DNA from: Takakia lepidozioides
Lineage: Eukaryota; Plantae; Bryophyta
DNA length: 64,000 nt
Direction: 5' to 3'
NCBI GenBank assembly: GCA_030704615.1
Contig: CM060732.1
Location: forward strand, 30,318,001 to 30,382,000
Below, piece by piece: positions 11,490-24,944 of this stretch. The notes below the pieces were generated by a model. That model had not been told where the DNA came from. It saw nothing but the letters and a program-made list of their open reading frames with translations, and ran no database searches. The translations under genes were made by a program, and so were the position numbers. Numbering within the stretch: the stretch's first letter is position 1; each line of letters opens with the position of its first letter.

Positions 11490-12737
11490 CGTTGCGTTTT
11501 CATGAAGGGTTTTATGGGCAACAAGACATCAAAGGAAATCTGGGACAAACTACAAGAATTGCATGACCAACATTCCCAAGAAAGCGTGCACCACGTCCAA
11601 CGACGGTTTTTTGATATCACCATGGAGGAAGATGACACCATTGCTGAATTCTTCAAGAAGCTCGATGTGAGTTGACCAACCTGGGTGATAACACCTTCAC
11701 TGACGATATCGTGATGGCGAAGATACTCAGCCAATTGCTAGGATGTTATGGACCGTTCCAGTCGTCGTGGGAGAATGTGCCTGCAGCCGAGAAAACAATC
11801 AGTGTCATGACTAGGCGTCTGATTAGAGAAGAAGCACGAATGCACGATATTGCAGTGAGGACAAGAAGCAAGAATGGAGGTGCCATAGCTTATGCTGCCA
11901 CGTTCAAACCGAAATCTAGATTGTCCACTGGACGACCTTCGCTCTCCCCGGAGCAACAGCGGGAGCAGAGAAGGAAAGCGATTGTTGAACGGAAGAAGAA
12001 TACCACTTGCTTTAATTGTGGCGAGCCTGGCCATTGGTCACGAGAGTGTCCCAATGAGAAGAAGACTCATGAAGAGGCAGAAGAGTCAAAGGATGCGTCA
12101 ACTGTGAAAATTCACCTAGCTTTCATGGCAACAGGCCCTGGGCCGTGCTCATATAACTGGTACATGGACAGTTGCTACTCGCAACACATGAGTCAAAATT
12201 GAGAGTGGTTTTCCACATGCCAAGACATATCAGCTGGTGACTTGAGCAGTCAGTTGAAGGAATTGGAGGGGTCATCATGTACGCTCAAGGAATAGGCGAC
12301 ATTGTATTCAAGACCTGGATAAATGGGACCGAGAATATTGGCGTTCTGAAGGATGTTGTGCATGTTCCTCGACTTGGAAGAAACCTATTCTCTACATCAC
12401 AAGGAGTCCAACGTGGAATATCACAGCTGGAGGGTGTAGTCTTTTTGCTAAGGATGAAGTTGTCATGAAGGGCGTTGAAGAATATGGAGTATATAAGCTC
12501 CTCACGACGGTTGTGCTCCCTTCGAGCTCCAGTCAGCAATATGCCTTCTCTGCCAGCATCATTGGAATCCAAAGCAAGAAGGAAAGCACGCAAACACTTG
12601 ATACCTGGCACAAACGACTTGGTCTTGTTCACCACAATATGATCAAACACATGGAGTGATCTCGTAATATGGTTGATGGTCTGATCATCAGTGGGAGAAC
12701 TGAGCAGCCTCAATTTTGCATCGGCTGTGCTTACGGA
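11490..12737 (+). mobile_element. Ty1/Copia gag-protease-GAG-pre-integrase fragment (disrupted)
   Basis: IWDKLQELH gag motif, CFNCGEPGHWSREC zinc knuckle, WYMDS..SQHM protease, LKDVVHVP.L.RNLFS, WHKRLG, FCIGCAYG; frameshifts and stops. Confidence 0.92.
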
Positions 12738-14141
12738 TAATCCAGCCCCTCCTTTTGGGTGAAACCCTTTGCAATGAGACGAGCCTTAAAGCGTGCCACA
12801 GTCCTATCAGCGGCCAATTTAACCTTATACACCCACTTTGAACGTACCACCTTGCGTCCTTTGGGAAAATCTTGAAGTACCCCATGCAAGTATCATTAGC
12901 AATTAAGGAATCATATTCTTCTTGCATGGCGCTGATCCACTCCTTGCTATCAGGAGACGTGACTACTGCATTGATGTGGGTAGGCTCATCCGGTAAGTTG
13001 ATGTGACCGGTGGCAACGTTGCATATGTAACTGTCTTTTCCAAAAGGGATGGCCCAGCCGCCATAATGTGTGGGTGGGTGACGGTTGCGGGTGACACTGC
13101 CATAAAAAAGAGCCGGTTGTGATACGCCATCCCACGACATGTGGTAAACACAACTGCTATTGCTCACGAAGCCATCATCATTGGGCACAATGCCTGCCGG
13201 TGCTTCCTCTGCATCAGATGTGGTAACCTCCGGTGGCGTCATATGCTCAGGGTTGTCTGGGAGATCAAAAACTGCAGGTTCAACTCCCACTACAAGTTGT
13301 TGCTCCTCCGCTACGTCATGTGGCAGACAGTCTCCCACTGCGCCCATGACCGCGCCTCCCACTAGTTGTTCGAAAACAAGTCCGCTCAACTGGACTTTCG
13401 AAGAGTCAAGTTCGTATGCATTGTCTCCCGTGGAGACGCTCTCTCATCAAAAATTACATGACAACTTTCAGCGATGCGGCGAGATTCATTATCCCAAAGG
13501 CGATATGCCTTACTGGTTTCACTATAGCCCATGAGAATGCAATGCTTGCTCTTACGGTCCAGCTTTTTACGTTGCTCGTCCGGGATGATCCAAAAATGCG
13601 AACGTGACCCACATGGTTTTACTCCGTACCAGTGATCGACTCAAGTAAACGAGACCCAGTTCTGTTGAGCAAATACATAGCTGTATGGACCGCTTCTCCC
13701 CAAAAATGAGGGTGAACATTGCTCGCATGAATCATGCTTCTTGCGGACTCAAGAATGGTCCGATTGTCCCTCTCCGCAACCCCATTCTGTTATGGCGTGA
13801 ATGCACATGTCTTCTCGTGCTTGGCATTTTGAGTGTCCAGGTATCGCTCAAATTGCTAATTGCAGAACTCGGTTCCTTGATCAGATCTCAAAATCTTGAG
13901 ATGATGCCCATTCTCTCTGTGCATCTGGCCCAAGAAGCGCTGCAAGCATGCTAAAGCAGCTGTTTTCGTTTGATACAATATATAACTCAAAAACCAGAGT
14001 AATCATCCTTAAAGAGAGCAAAATATCTTGCTCCTCCGACCGTGGTGACATTGATAGGGCCGCACAGGTCACAATGAACGAGATCACCGATGACTTTGCT
14101 CTTTTCCCGCTCGTCAGTCCATGGAAATGGTGCTCGGTGAC
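12738..14141 (-). mobile_element. Copia integrase to RT-start segment, inverted relative to gag
   Basis: Minus strand: HRAPF..DLVHCDLCGPI (integrase), EWISAMQEEYDSLI, RFKARLVAKGFTQKEGLDY (RT start). It continues the + strand CAYG motif but on the opposite strand. Confidence 0.88.
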
Positions 14142-14214
14142 AAGACTCCGGCCGAGACCGGCGTAACTAAGCCACTTCGCCTTGCGGCTACTGCCTCTTT
14201 TCAGGGGTGGGCCT
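14142..14214 (-). mobile_element. Isolated structured 3' tail of the RLE element (copy C) at the Copia inversion breakpoint
   Basis: Reverse complement GGCCCACCCCTGAAAAGAGGCAGTAGCCGCAAGGCGAAGTGGCTTAGTTACGCCGGTCTCGGCCGGAGTCTT matches 10951-11026. Confidence 0.8.
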
Positions 14215-14581
14215 CATGTAAGAGCAATACTAGTCCATTTTCAGCCACGGGTGTGTACATGGGGTGGGGGGGGTCCCTTGGATTCCCACCTTAATTTGTG
14301 CTCATGCAATATGGCCGGTTGTCAGCTGGTGTAGCTCCCTGGGTTCAAATCCCACCCATGCAAGGCTACTATGGGTGAGAGATGAAGGTGATGCTGATGT
14401 GATGTGTGTTTGCAATTGTTGACCTTGTGCTTGATTCAAACTTTGCCAAAACAGTGAGAAAATGTGCTCTAATTGCTCTACACATGAATTTCATTTAGGG
14501 AGCCTTAGGCTTGAGAGAAACTTAGCCAAAATTATGAGAGAAGATGATGGAAGGTATGCCAATTTTTGACCCCATTTACTT

Positions 14582-14915
14582 TGTTGAAACTCTCGGCTGT
14601 TTACTCATGCACAAATCACACTTCACTATTTGGATATATGAATATAAAGGAATCATATTCATCATTGATCACGTGATTACACATACAGACTCAAACTGCA
14701 TTGCGGCTCATGCCATGAGCCTCAGCTAACTCTTGCATTACATACAGCTAACTATCCATTGTCATGGATTTACGTTATATACCCGCAACGGTTTCCAACG
14801 CCAAGAAGATTGATCACTCGCTAACGATCCTTCGTACCAAGAAGCTACAGCAACAAGATTCAAAGTATCAGTGACACAACCTCATACTGTACTCTGTACG
14901 TCGTATTTCCAACTA
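14582..14915 (-). repeat. Probable Copia 3' LTR
   Basis: On the minus strand it follows RNase H and a purine tract (GAGTGGGAGTA, 14926-14916), starts TAGTTGGAAA and ends TTTCAACA (TGTTG..CAACA-type termini). Confidence 0.6.
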
Positions 14916-16760
14916 TACTCCCACTCGGGATGAGGTTGGAGACAGAGGTGGCTCCGAGAGACTCAGCAATATCTTCATGCGATTGAATTAATGTCACGAG
15001 GCAGCGCTTCTGTACTTGAACGTCGGCAACCTGATCAGCAATTGAAATGTAAATGAGGCGGATCTCGTTGCTTGTCTCGGCTTCACGAATCTTGTGGAAC
15101 TCAACGTCAATATGTTTTGTGCACCTGTGAAACTCAGGATTATGAGCAAGCCGAATGGCTGCTTGATTATCACTGTACAGGATGGTCGATCTTGCTTGGA
15201 GAAAACGCAAATCATGCAAAAATCTGAGTAACCGGATGATTCTTGGCTTGCGAGATGAGCGACAATGTACTCAGCTTTGGTAGTATTGGTAGCAGTACAT
15301 ATCTGTTTGCGGCTTCCCCACGCCACAGGTCCTCCGTTGAGCATAAGAACAAGCCAGAGCGTGATTTTCTGTCATCCAAGTCAGTTGCATAGTCAGCGTC
15401 ACAATAGGCCACAAGCTGATTTGCATTGGTCCCGGGAGCACTGTAGGTGATGCGCGTTCCGTGAGAGCTGCGAAGATACTTCATCACACGTCGATGTGCA
15501 CCAACGTGAGGGACCTTTGGGGACTTGCAAAACTTCGCAGCATGTCCAACTGAATAAGTGACGTCCACACGAGTACCGCCTTGGCTCGCCCACATCAGAT
15601 TGTCAACACAAGACTGATAAGGAAACTGATCATCTGGCTCTCCTTCGCTGGAGACAAGCTCCATGCGGTTGTTTGGATCAGCGGGGACGACAACCGGGGT
15701 AGTTGCAGGGTAAGGTGGACCAAGAACGACAGATGTTGCCTTCCATGGAAATCCATGACCAAATTTAAATTGACAATTTTTTCCCAAATAATTTCAAACG
15801 ATGATAGACAATGGTATACATATTTAGTAAAGGGTCTTACCCCAAACATCAAGAATTATTTTTACTATAAATTTTAGTCTTTAATTTGAATAATATTTGA
15901 TATATCAGAAATTAGAATTTCCATCGATTTGTCTATATACAACCAAGCCATTGTAGATTATATTTTTGTATCATTCGCAGTAAAATATGACACCTCAAAA
16001 GCCCAAAACATAAGATGTACTAAACTAGAACAAATCCACCTATATATAACACTCATATTAGTCCATAGGTAGTAAATGACAGCTGATATTGTCATTTTAA
16101 ATTGAAAGCTAGAGTGTTATCTAAACTGGCCCCCTTACCTCAAAAGAGCAAAGCAATACACCAAAGGCACAATGGCTTATTTTGAGTCCATGTATTTCCA
16201 TTTGCAGCAGTGTTGTCGTGTTCAAAAGTCCATACCTCTTGGACATTTTATTTGATTGACAATGTGATGGTTGATATAGGTAGATATTGAAGTTAGGAAT
16301 CTAGCATGGAAAATTTTTCTCAACATTATTGATTCTATTCAAAGCAATTCATAACATTATGCACGACAGTCCCTAAAAACTGTGCCGGTGACGCTAATTT
16401 TGGTCCATCTTTACCTTGCATCTACCCATCGGGTCGGACAAATTTGACAACAACACGTTCAATATACCGCTATTGATCAATGCAGATGGTGCGAGTGAAA
16501 CGGTCACGATGGATATTCAATCCAACGTATATCTCAGGATGGCCATCTGTGATGATGAAGGCTTTCCTCATTTCACCTAAGACGTGGACAATGAGGCCAT
16601 TCTGGACGCTGCATGTAAGGCCGTCATCGACAAAAATGCAAAGAATCAAGTGAGGGTCAGTACGACTCATATATACACATGGATCAGCGGTACAGGGAAC
16701 AAGTTGATAATTGGCGAGAAAATCGGCAAGTATGATAGCAATGTGGTGGTTGGCCAAAGC
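14916..16760 (-). mobile_element. Copia RT/RNase H fragments, split by a ~700-bp AT-rich insertion (15740-16440)
   Basis: DPCVY..LCIFVDDGL (RT), PYQSCV, YCDADYA..DDRKSRSG, VAWGSRKQ, YSDNQAAI..NPEFH..TKHIDV (RNase H). Confidence 0.9.
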
Positions 16761-18748
16761 CTACACACCAAGGTCCATACATGAGCACCATGCTTACATG
16801 CACTAAATGGATGCAAACGGAAAATGTTAGTACACTTAGAGCCGTCCTCCAAAGTACCTTGTAACTCGAGTGCAATGCAATATGCAGCCCTGAGTCTGCA
16901 CAAAAGCAATATAACAACACACACGTACACACATGTTATGCAAGTAGCACAAATACACATGCCCACAAGAGTGAAGGCCAATCGCATGCTAGCTTCCACT
17001 TCCTTGCAAATTGGGCCTGTCATCATATAGTGCCATAACGACAACTTCATTTGTCAAGTGCAAATCCAAGATAACCAAAGGCAGTGTTGGGTTTCCTGCT
17101 CATACTTTCATATGATTCTTTCAACCATTTGGTACAAATGAGTAAATTTAGATTAATAAGATTTTGTACTTTCGTTTTGACGGTTTGCAACGTTGTGTAA
17201 ATGAGACAATCTACAACTTGGCGTTGGTGAAGCCACTGCCATCAAACTTTGTGGCTAGTGAAAATAGAACACGTCTAAGTGCAGAGGAGATTGCAATTAA
17301 TGTTGGATGACACCGGATTTCGTCTCCCAATCAGACGTCCAATTCTGAGTGATCACAAAGACTATATATATATATAACTTATGCTAGTTGTGTACCTTGT
17401 AATGGGGCTAATTCACATCCTAGAAAGATGAATGGGATGACATCCAGATCACAAGTGCAAAATTGAGTCAGTAAGATTCTTTCATGCACACGACTCACAT
17501 GTATTGTGATCATTCTTCCACCATAAAACGTTCAGAATGCATGTGAGTCGTGTGAGTCGCTAGGCTACACACTCATCAGTTTATGATGTGTTCGTCATGA
17601 CATGACCTACAAAATCATATGGGGAATTTTGAAATTGTACCCGTCCTGATTTCATAATGTCTCATGTAAGCATTTGTATATTTTGTTTTGACAATGGTGT
17701 TGTATGATCCCAAAAGAGGTGATTTTTTTATGAACTTGTTTTTAGTTACATGAGCTTAATACTTTCCTGCAACGGAATAGTGATATGAAGTTTATGTAGT
17801 TTGTCTATGTGACATTGAAGAAAATATGGTTGGAGCCCGTAAATTGATTAATATGTCCATTCAATGTAGACGTGATGGTATTCAATTCATGCTCAAATAT
17901 AACCACACATTTCCATAAATCATGTGTGATTTACTTGTCAATTCATTCCAAATTTTTGCATGGTTAAGGTCCAACTTTACTTTTATCGGTAATTTCAAAG
18001 TGATTCTTCAGGTATATAATGTGCACTATGTTTCTATGGATCTTTTTCATGGAGCATTTTAAAAAAAAAAAACTGGTAGATTTATTTGGTTCAGTGCTAG
18101 TGGCTGATTTTCAGTGACGTTTCTCCTCTCATCTTCCGACGCACATGTGTAGTACTTGGTGGTTGGGCATGCAAGTGAATTCGTACTGATGACTGAAAGT
18201 CGGAGATTAGGTTTAGTATAGAGCAAGTACATGGTGTCATTGTGTCATGTCCTCATTGCCACATCATCATCCGCCGTCGTTATATTTTAAATTGTTCGAG
18301 GAAAAAAAAAAACTGAATTATAAAAATTATTTTTGTCGATTGTGCTTTAATATTCCTTACTTTTTTTTTTTTGTTTCCTTACATATTCAATGTAAATGTT
18401 ACATTTTTTTCTAAGTATTAAGTATAATAAAATCACTAAATAGAAATCAATGGGTTGCCCGATTTTTGAAACCCTTAGAACTTCAATATTTTGGTTTTTT
18501 GGTGAGCATGTTTTAATTTACTAATACATTGCTATAGTAATAGTAATAGTAATATATATATATATATATATTATATAAAGGATAGCTGTTGAAATGTCAA
18601 AATTGTTGATATTGAAATTTTGTTTTGTGTCTATATTCTAGATTTATTGATGTATTATAAATGCACATCGACAAAATCTAGGATAAATACTAGATGTATG
18701 TACATCTATTTAGTCTCCATGTTTAAATATTTCAAATTTATCTGTTAA

Positions 18749-19499
18749 CCCCTAAGCGCCGGGAGCCAAATTGGAAAACAGCCAAAAAATGGGACCCACT
18801 GTCATGAATAACCCCGTATCTACCAGCAGGGGTTCATCCAGGGAATTGAACCGTACTAACCGGTTCTTACCTACTCCACGCAGCTACTAACCAAATTTCA
18901 GAAGAAATGACCGTCAATTTAGAGAGAATATAACGAATTACCATGGTGGATTTATCAAGTCCAAGCAAATGTGGACAGAAAAAATCACTTTTTTTTTTGC
19001 TCAGTCCTGGATCAACTCAGACAGATTCCTTGGTGGGTTAGAGGACTCCTCCTGAAATTGGAGGACCAAATTCCAAAAAAATATACTCGCTGGTTAGTAT
19101 GTGCAATTAGGGGGGGGTGCACTTGGTAGTGACAGAGAAAATGTTGCATAGATGCATATTGTAACCAAATGCGTTTTCCTCTGGAGCAATCCTGCAGTGC
19201 CCAAAGGTGAACAGGAATGTGAAATTGATTTTAGAAAAATCCAAAAGCACAAGTGTAGATGGGTGCACACAGTTACTGCCACGTGGCAGGTCAACGGGCC
19301 ATGGCCATGGATTCGAGGGCTTAAAAAAATCGTGGCGGCCTGAGATTTTGTCCGATAGGGACGCATTAAATTCCTCGTGCGCAGCTCCACGCCGCGCTCA
19401 CTTTCTCTTCGGCGATTTTTTTCATCCAAGTACATCCACGGAAGCTATCCGTGGATGAAAATGGCTGCAACCCGATTCGGGTCGCGCCGGCCTTTAGGG
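18749..19499. mobile_element. Non-autonomous piggyBac-like element (751 bp)
   Basis: TTAA|CCCCTAAGCGCCGG ... CCGGCCTTTAGGG|TTAA: TTAA duplication, CCC/GGG termini and imperfect ~14-bp TIR, sharply delimited from AT-rich flanks. Confidence 0.65.
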
Positions 19500-20744
19500 T
19501 TAAAATTTTGATTTATAAAAACTATTACTGAATCCAATGTCCTTGATACTAAAAGAGTAGTAGTCATAAAATGAGGTGGCTTTTAGTTATGTCAGCTCTA
19601 GCCGAATTTTTTTCTAACTGTAATAAAAACCCATTAATTGATTGAATATGCTTTGATTTTTATTTTAAAATTGATATAAAATGTGTTTTTAAAATATTTG
19701 TTGCATTTTTTAATTTAAAATTCAGAATATAAATAAATATTGAATCATATAGAAAGGAACGAAGGGAAAGGAAAAACTCTTGCGGAAGCACATGTATTAA
19801 GTTATTTTGTCACTTTGCCTTGAAAAGCTACTGCATTTCTGCCTTTGCTTTGAAAAATAAACGATTTCTAACTGGGGCAATATATTAGGGTAAATAACCA
19901 GTTGATCTAGTGTCTCTTTTTCTCAACAAAGCTGAAAGAGCTGACACTGTTTGAATCCGGCGAAAATACCGTAAAATCATACACATACATTCAATTTTTA
20001 TATTTTTTTCTATTGTTTTTTTTGCATAAAATAGATTTCCAATCAAAATGAAATAATTGTTGAATTTTTAGTAAAATGTGATCATAGTCATCAGAGGTCA
20101 TCTCAAATGTTGCGGAGCAATGCGCAGCCTTAGTGCATTGCATTTATCACTTTGTCCTCATCCATGCGTTGACACATTTTGCATTATTTTATAGCCAGCG
20201 ATAGTGGGCACATACAACCTGAAGTGGTTGTGGGTTCAATCCACCAATTGATGTTGTGCACCTCACTTCGGTAATCTTCCATTCATGTTATAGTTACTCG
20301 CTTTGGTGCACACGCCTAATTCCCAAACCGGCCGCCGGACTAACTTGGAGCTTCGCGTCTCATCGGGATATAACGGCCCCCCTTTACTCCCCACGCAATC
20401 CTCGACTACGTTGGCTACGTGGAAATTCAATATAATTAGAGGCAGTCCAGAACAGCTTCTCTCACTCGCTCGGTCGCTTTCTGGCTCGCTTGGTTATTTA
20501 ACTAGCTTTTGATTGCTTAACGGGCCTGTACCATTCTTGGGGTTACTACCAGTGTTGTGCGGGTATATTGATTTCAATATACCCTTAGGGTATAAGTAAA
20601 TTATTTTTGTCAAATCATTTATCCTCCGGGTATGGGTAAATTAACTTTTCAGATTTCTATATAACCCCCGGGTATGGATATACATGCCAAAATATACCCT
20701 GAGGGTATGAATAGTTTCCGGGTATGGATAGTTATTTCCATTAA

Positions 20745-23700
20745 GGGCAGTGTTCAGGATGACACCTGGTACAAATCCAGCTTTGACGATGTCACCATGG
20801 ACCTCATTGCACATTTCCAGGGCTGTCGGGCTTGCACAAGCATTGCAAACGCAAACAAATGTGATGTGGTTGGGCTTCACACTTTCGCACATCAATTGCT
20901 CATAGGTCTCCAAAGCCTTCATTCTGCCCCTTGCTGTGCATATCCTGCGATCATCGCACTCCACGACACCACATTTCTTTCAGCCATACTGTCGAACACT
21001 CCCTTTTGCACCCTAAACTTGTGCCGCTGCAGCTGTTGCCTTTAGTTGACCATCTACCCATGCAGGTTTCTTGTAGCTATTGATCCACAGGGAATCATAG
21101 GTAATCTTGTGCTTGAAATCTGGCCCTCTTGGATGCTTCTGTACAGACACTCTACCCCTGCTCCTTCAGCTATCCATGTCTCTCCACAAATCATGCATTC
21201 ATCCTTGCCTTGCTGCTAACAGCTAACAATTACAGCCTAGATTTGTTGTAGGAAACACCCAACTCAGCTTATCACACTAGTTCTTATGCTCATTGCGTCT
21301 GCTACTCTCTGTAATCCAACAAGCATTCACCTTTCTCCGGTGAGAAACATAAGTCCTCGCCATCGAACACGAGGTCAAGTGGATGTCGTACCTAGCGGAG
21401 GGTTTATTGGACGAGGAGGAACTCTAGCCTTCTCATCCTTTCTTTTGGTGTTCCAGCCAGCAGCCCGTGGAGCAAGCTGATTGCAGGTAGCGGTTTCGTC
21501 TACTGGTTTCTTGAATCAAGTTTACAAAGATGATTCAGTTGGTTGCGTATGTCATGTCACTAGTCTTGTTCTGCTATGTATTTGAGGATAAACCGCAAAG
21601 TGAACTCAACTGAGCACCTGGGACCTCATCAAGGGACTTCCACGAATTTACCGAGGTTAAGCGGAGATACAGCTTAGATTTGTTCTCGGAAACACCCAAC
21701 TCAACGTTCCTTTGCTCATTGCGTCTGCTACTCTTTGTAATCCAACAGGCATCCACCTTTTTGCCTCGATTGTCCCACCATTGACTGTGGTCAGAAAAGT
21801 ATTCTTTCCACAGCTTCTCCTCGTCTCTCTTACCTGTTTCTGGATACTTTGGCAGTATCATGTCAAAGGCACTCCAACTATCAAAGGTTCACCCAACCAG
21901 CTAACTTGCAGAATTCAACATGAAAATTTAGGGCCGGTTTTGATAAGAGGGAACCCACACTCCATCACTGTTCCTTCAGCTATCCATGCCACTGCACAAA
22001 TCATGCATACATCCTTGCTTTGCAACATACAATGACAGCCTAGAATTCTTCTAGCAAACACCCCCGCACTTAACATACATGTTGACGAGTGTGCTGAGGA
22101 GAAAAACATTTGGCGTGAATCCACTTTGGATAATGTGAGTGTGCACTTGCTTTCCAGCTTGGTGGCATTTCAGCAGATTCAGAAACGTATGTCTGTCACT
22201 TGCATAAGTGCATCAAGGTGAAAGGCCTGGTCTGTAGAGCCTCTTTCACTCTGCCTGCCTCACAAAGCATCTTCACATGCCCATAAGTGCCAAAAGTGGC
22301 ATTGTGGACTCCCTCTCTTGATCGTCTTCCAGAGGCTCTGGTCATGGTTGAGGTGCCTGATTTTATCAACTGTGCTGCTGCAGCTGTTGCCTTTAGTTGA
22401 CCATCTACCCATGCAGGTTTCTTGTAGCTATTGATTCACAGGGAATCATAGGTAATCTTGTGCTTGAAATCTGGCTCTCTTGGATGATTCTGTACACACA
22501 CTCTACCCCTGCTTTGGCATACATGTCCACTAGGGTATTGTTCAGGATCACATCTGGAACGATTCCAGCTCTGACGATGTCGCCATGCACCTCTTTGCCC
22601 TTTTCCAGGGCTGCCAGGCTTGCATACGCATTGCAAATGCAACCGAACGTGATGTGGTTGGACTTCACCCCTTCGCGCATCATTTGCTCATACGCCTGTA
22701 CCTCTGTTTACCAACTTTGAAAGTGTCGAGGCTGAGCCAAACGCTTAGGGCCTTTTGGGCCTAGTTATTGGGCAAACCACACACAGCAGGTTGATGCTTG
22801 TGTAAAGGGATTTCTAGAGGATATATGGAAAACCCAGATCAATTGTTTATTCCAAGGTATGTCTTACTACGGGCATCGGCCCCTAACAAAGGTAGATTTT
22901 GTCCCTTTGTGTTCTGCTCAAACTGGGCGTGGAGTCAATGGCCACAAGGCTACGACAAACAACGTCTTAGGAATACTCTCTCTCTCTCTCTCCCTCCAGA
23001 CGAGAGGACTGATTCCCTTGGTCAACTAAGTCTGGGAAAGGCAAAGCTGGTCAGCAAGGCCTCACCTAAAAACACGCAACATGTAATCTGCAATAACGAA
23101 CACTAATTGTCTCTATCAAGATAAGTCACACTACCGAAGTGAGCCCCTCACAAAGGTAGTATCTGTTCCCTTCTGTTTCACCCAAACTGGGGTCTATGGC
23201 CACAAGGCCACGGCAAACAACGTCGTATGACTACATTCTCTCTCTCTCTTCCTCTCTTACACACCCAGAGTGACACACAGATGCCTTCCCCATGCATGTC
23301 ATTGGTAAACGCAGGGCTATAAAACTAAAATCAATAACTCTGCAACCAGGCTGTTGAGTTTGCATGTGGACAAGTGCTTCGGTGAGGCAATTGCCGGAAA
23401 ATAAGGTGATATCTGCTGCTGCAGAGATAAGATAAAGCCTGGTGGGAGCCAATCCCACAAAAGGCTACCCTTGGCACTAGACTGAAATTTAAACCTGGGG
23501 CGGGGAGTCTACCTTTGAACAATAAACAGATGCAGAGCGAAAAAAGGAGATTGTATGCCCAATGCGCAGGCGGCTTGAAAACAATATCCAATTTCTCATA
23601 CAATGCCTATTCCCAACAGAGAGGGACCCTCTTCAAGACCATCAAGAACATAGTCCCTGCGTCTTTGTTCATCAACGTCAAAATCTCGAGGCTGAGCCTA

Positions 23701-24650
23701 AAGCCTCGGGGGTCTAATTGATGGGCAGCTCACACACAGCAGATTCATGCTTGTGTGAAGGGTTTTTTAAGGGATATCGGGAAAGCTCGAACTATTGTTT
23801 TTTCCAAGGTAAGTCCCACTACCGGAGTGAGCCCATCATAAAGGTAGAGTCTGTTCCCTCTTGTTCCTCGTCTCTCTTATATGTTTCTGGATACTTTGGC
23901 AGTATCATGTCAAAGTCACTCCAACTATCAAAGGTTCACCCAACTAGCTAACTTGCAGAATTCAACATTATTTAGGGCCGGTTCTGATAAGAGGGAACCC
24001 ACACTCCATCCCTGCTCCTACAGCTATCCATGCCTGTGCACAAATCATGCATACATCCTTGCAGGCTTGCTGCTAGCAACATACAATGACAGCCTAGAAT
24101 TCTTCCAGCAAACACCCCAACCATACTTATCAGACTAGTTCCTATGCTGAGTTGCATCTGCTTCCAACAAGCATTCACCTTTTTGTCTTCATTGTCCCAC
24201 AATTGACTGGCTTCGGAGAAGTGTTCATTCCAAAGCTTCACCCCTAAAGCTTCACTTCGTCTCTCCTCGTCTCTCTGCTGATACTCTCCTGCTGCCACAT
24301 CGGCACTAACTTGTCAAATTCATTCCAAACCACCACAGATCCACTGCAACATATGGCAAATGAAAAGCTACAACTTGGATGCAGACACCATATTCAATAT
24401 ACAAATTTAGGGCCGAGTCTGATGAGAGCGCAAAACAGGCTGAAATAGGTACTAACAGGAGGCAAAGATTGAAACATTGCCTGGCAAGAACATGTTATGT
24501 GTGCTACTTGTGTCTGTAGTCAGATAATGTCGGATCGATCTATGAGAATCACCACAGTGCATTCGAGCAGGCAGAGATTGAAACACAGCTGACTCTCCCA
24601 AGAACCTTGTCCTGCGCTGCAACCTCGCACGGTTATTTTCGGACAATCTG
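20745..24650 (-). pseudogene. Scrambled fragments of PDF-PPR genes
   Basis: Single PLS pieces (20745-21005, 22510-22695), PDF halves (KLWKEYFSDHSQWWDNRGKK; PDFKHKITYDSL), and copies of the flanking introns of the 727-4776 gene, joined out of order. Confidence 0.85.
22706..23860. repeat. Insertion with diverged terminal direct repeats (LTR/TRIM-like relic)
   Basis: TCGAGGCTGAGCC...CACACACAGCAG..ATGCTTGTGT..TTCCAAGGTA occurs at ~22725-22870 and ~23685-23825; further internal repeats at ~22890 and ~23150. Confidence 0.45.
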
Positions 24651-24944
24651 GGCAGACATTAAAACAAATTCGGGCAGTCCGGGCAGACATAAAAAAAAAC
24701 TGACGACGTACGAATTGTGGCGACGAAACGTGGTTACGATGATGTGGCTACGATGACATGGCTACAAAACGTGGCGACGATGATGTGGCACTATGGCACC
24801 CTATTCCTGCTCTACGCTAAACTAGCTCTCAACCTTCGGTCGTCACTAGAATTTTCTCTTTTACCATAGATTGTTTTTTTTTGTGTTTTGTATATATTGA
24901 AGAACATCATACATTCCTTAAAACCATTAAATTATAATGTTGCG

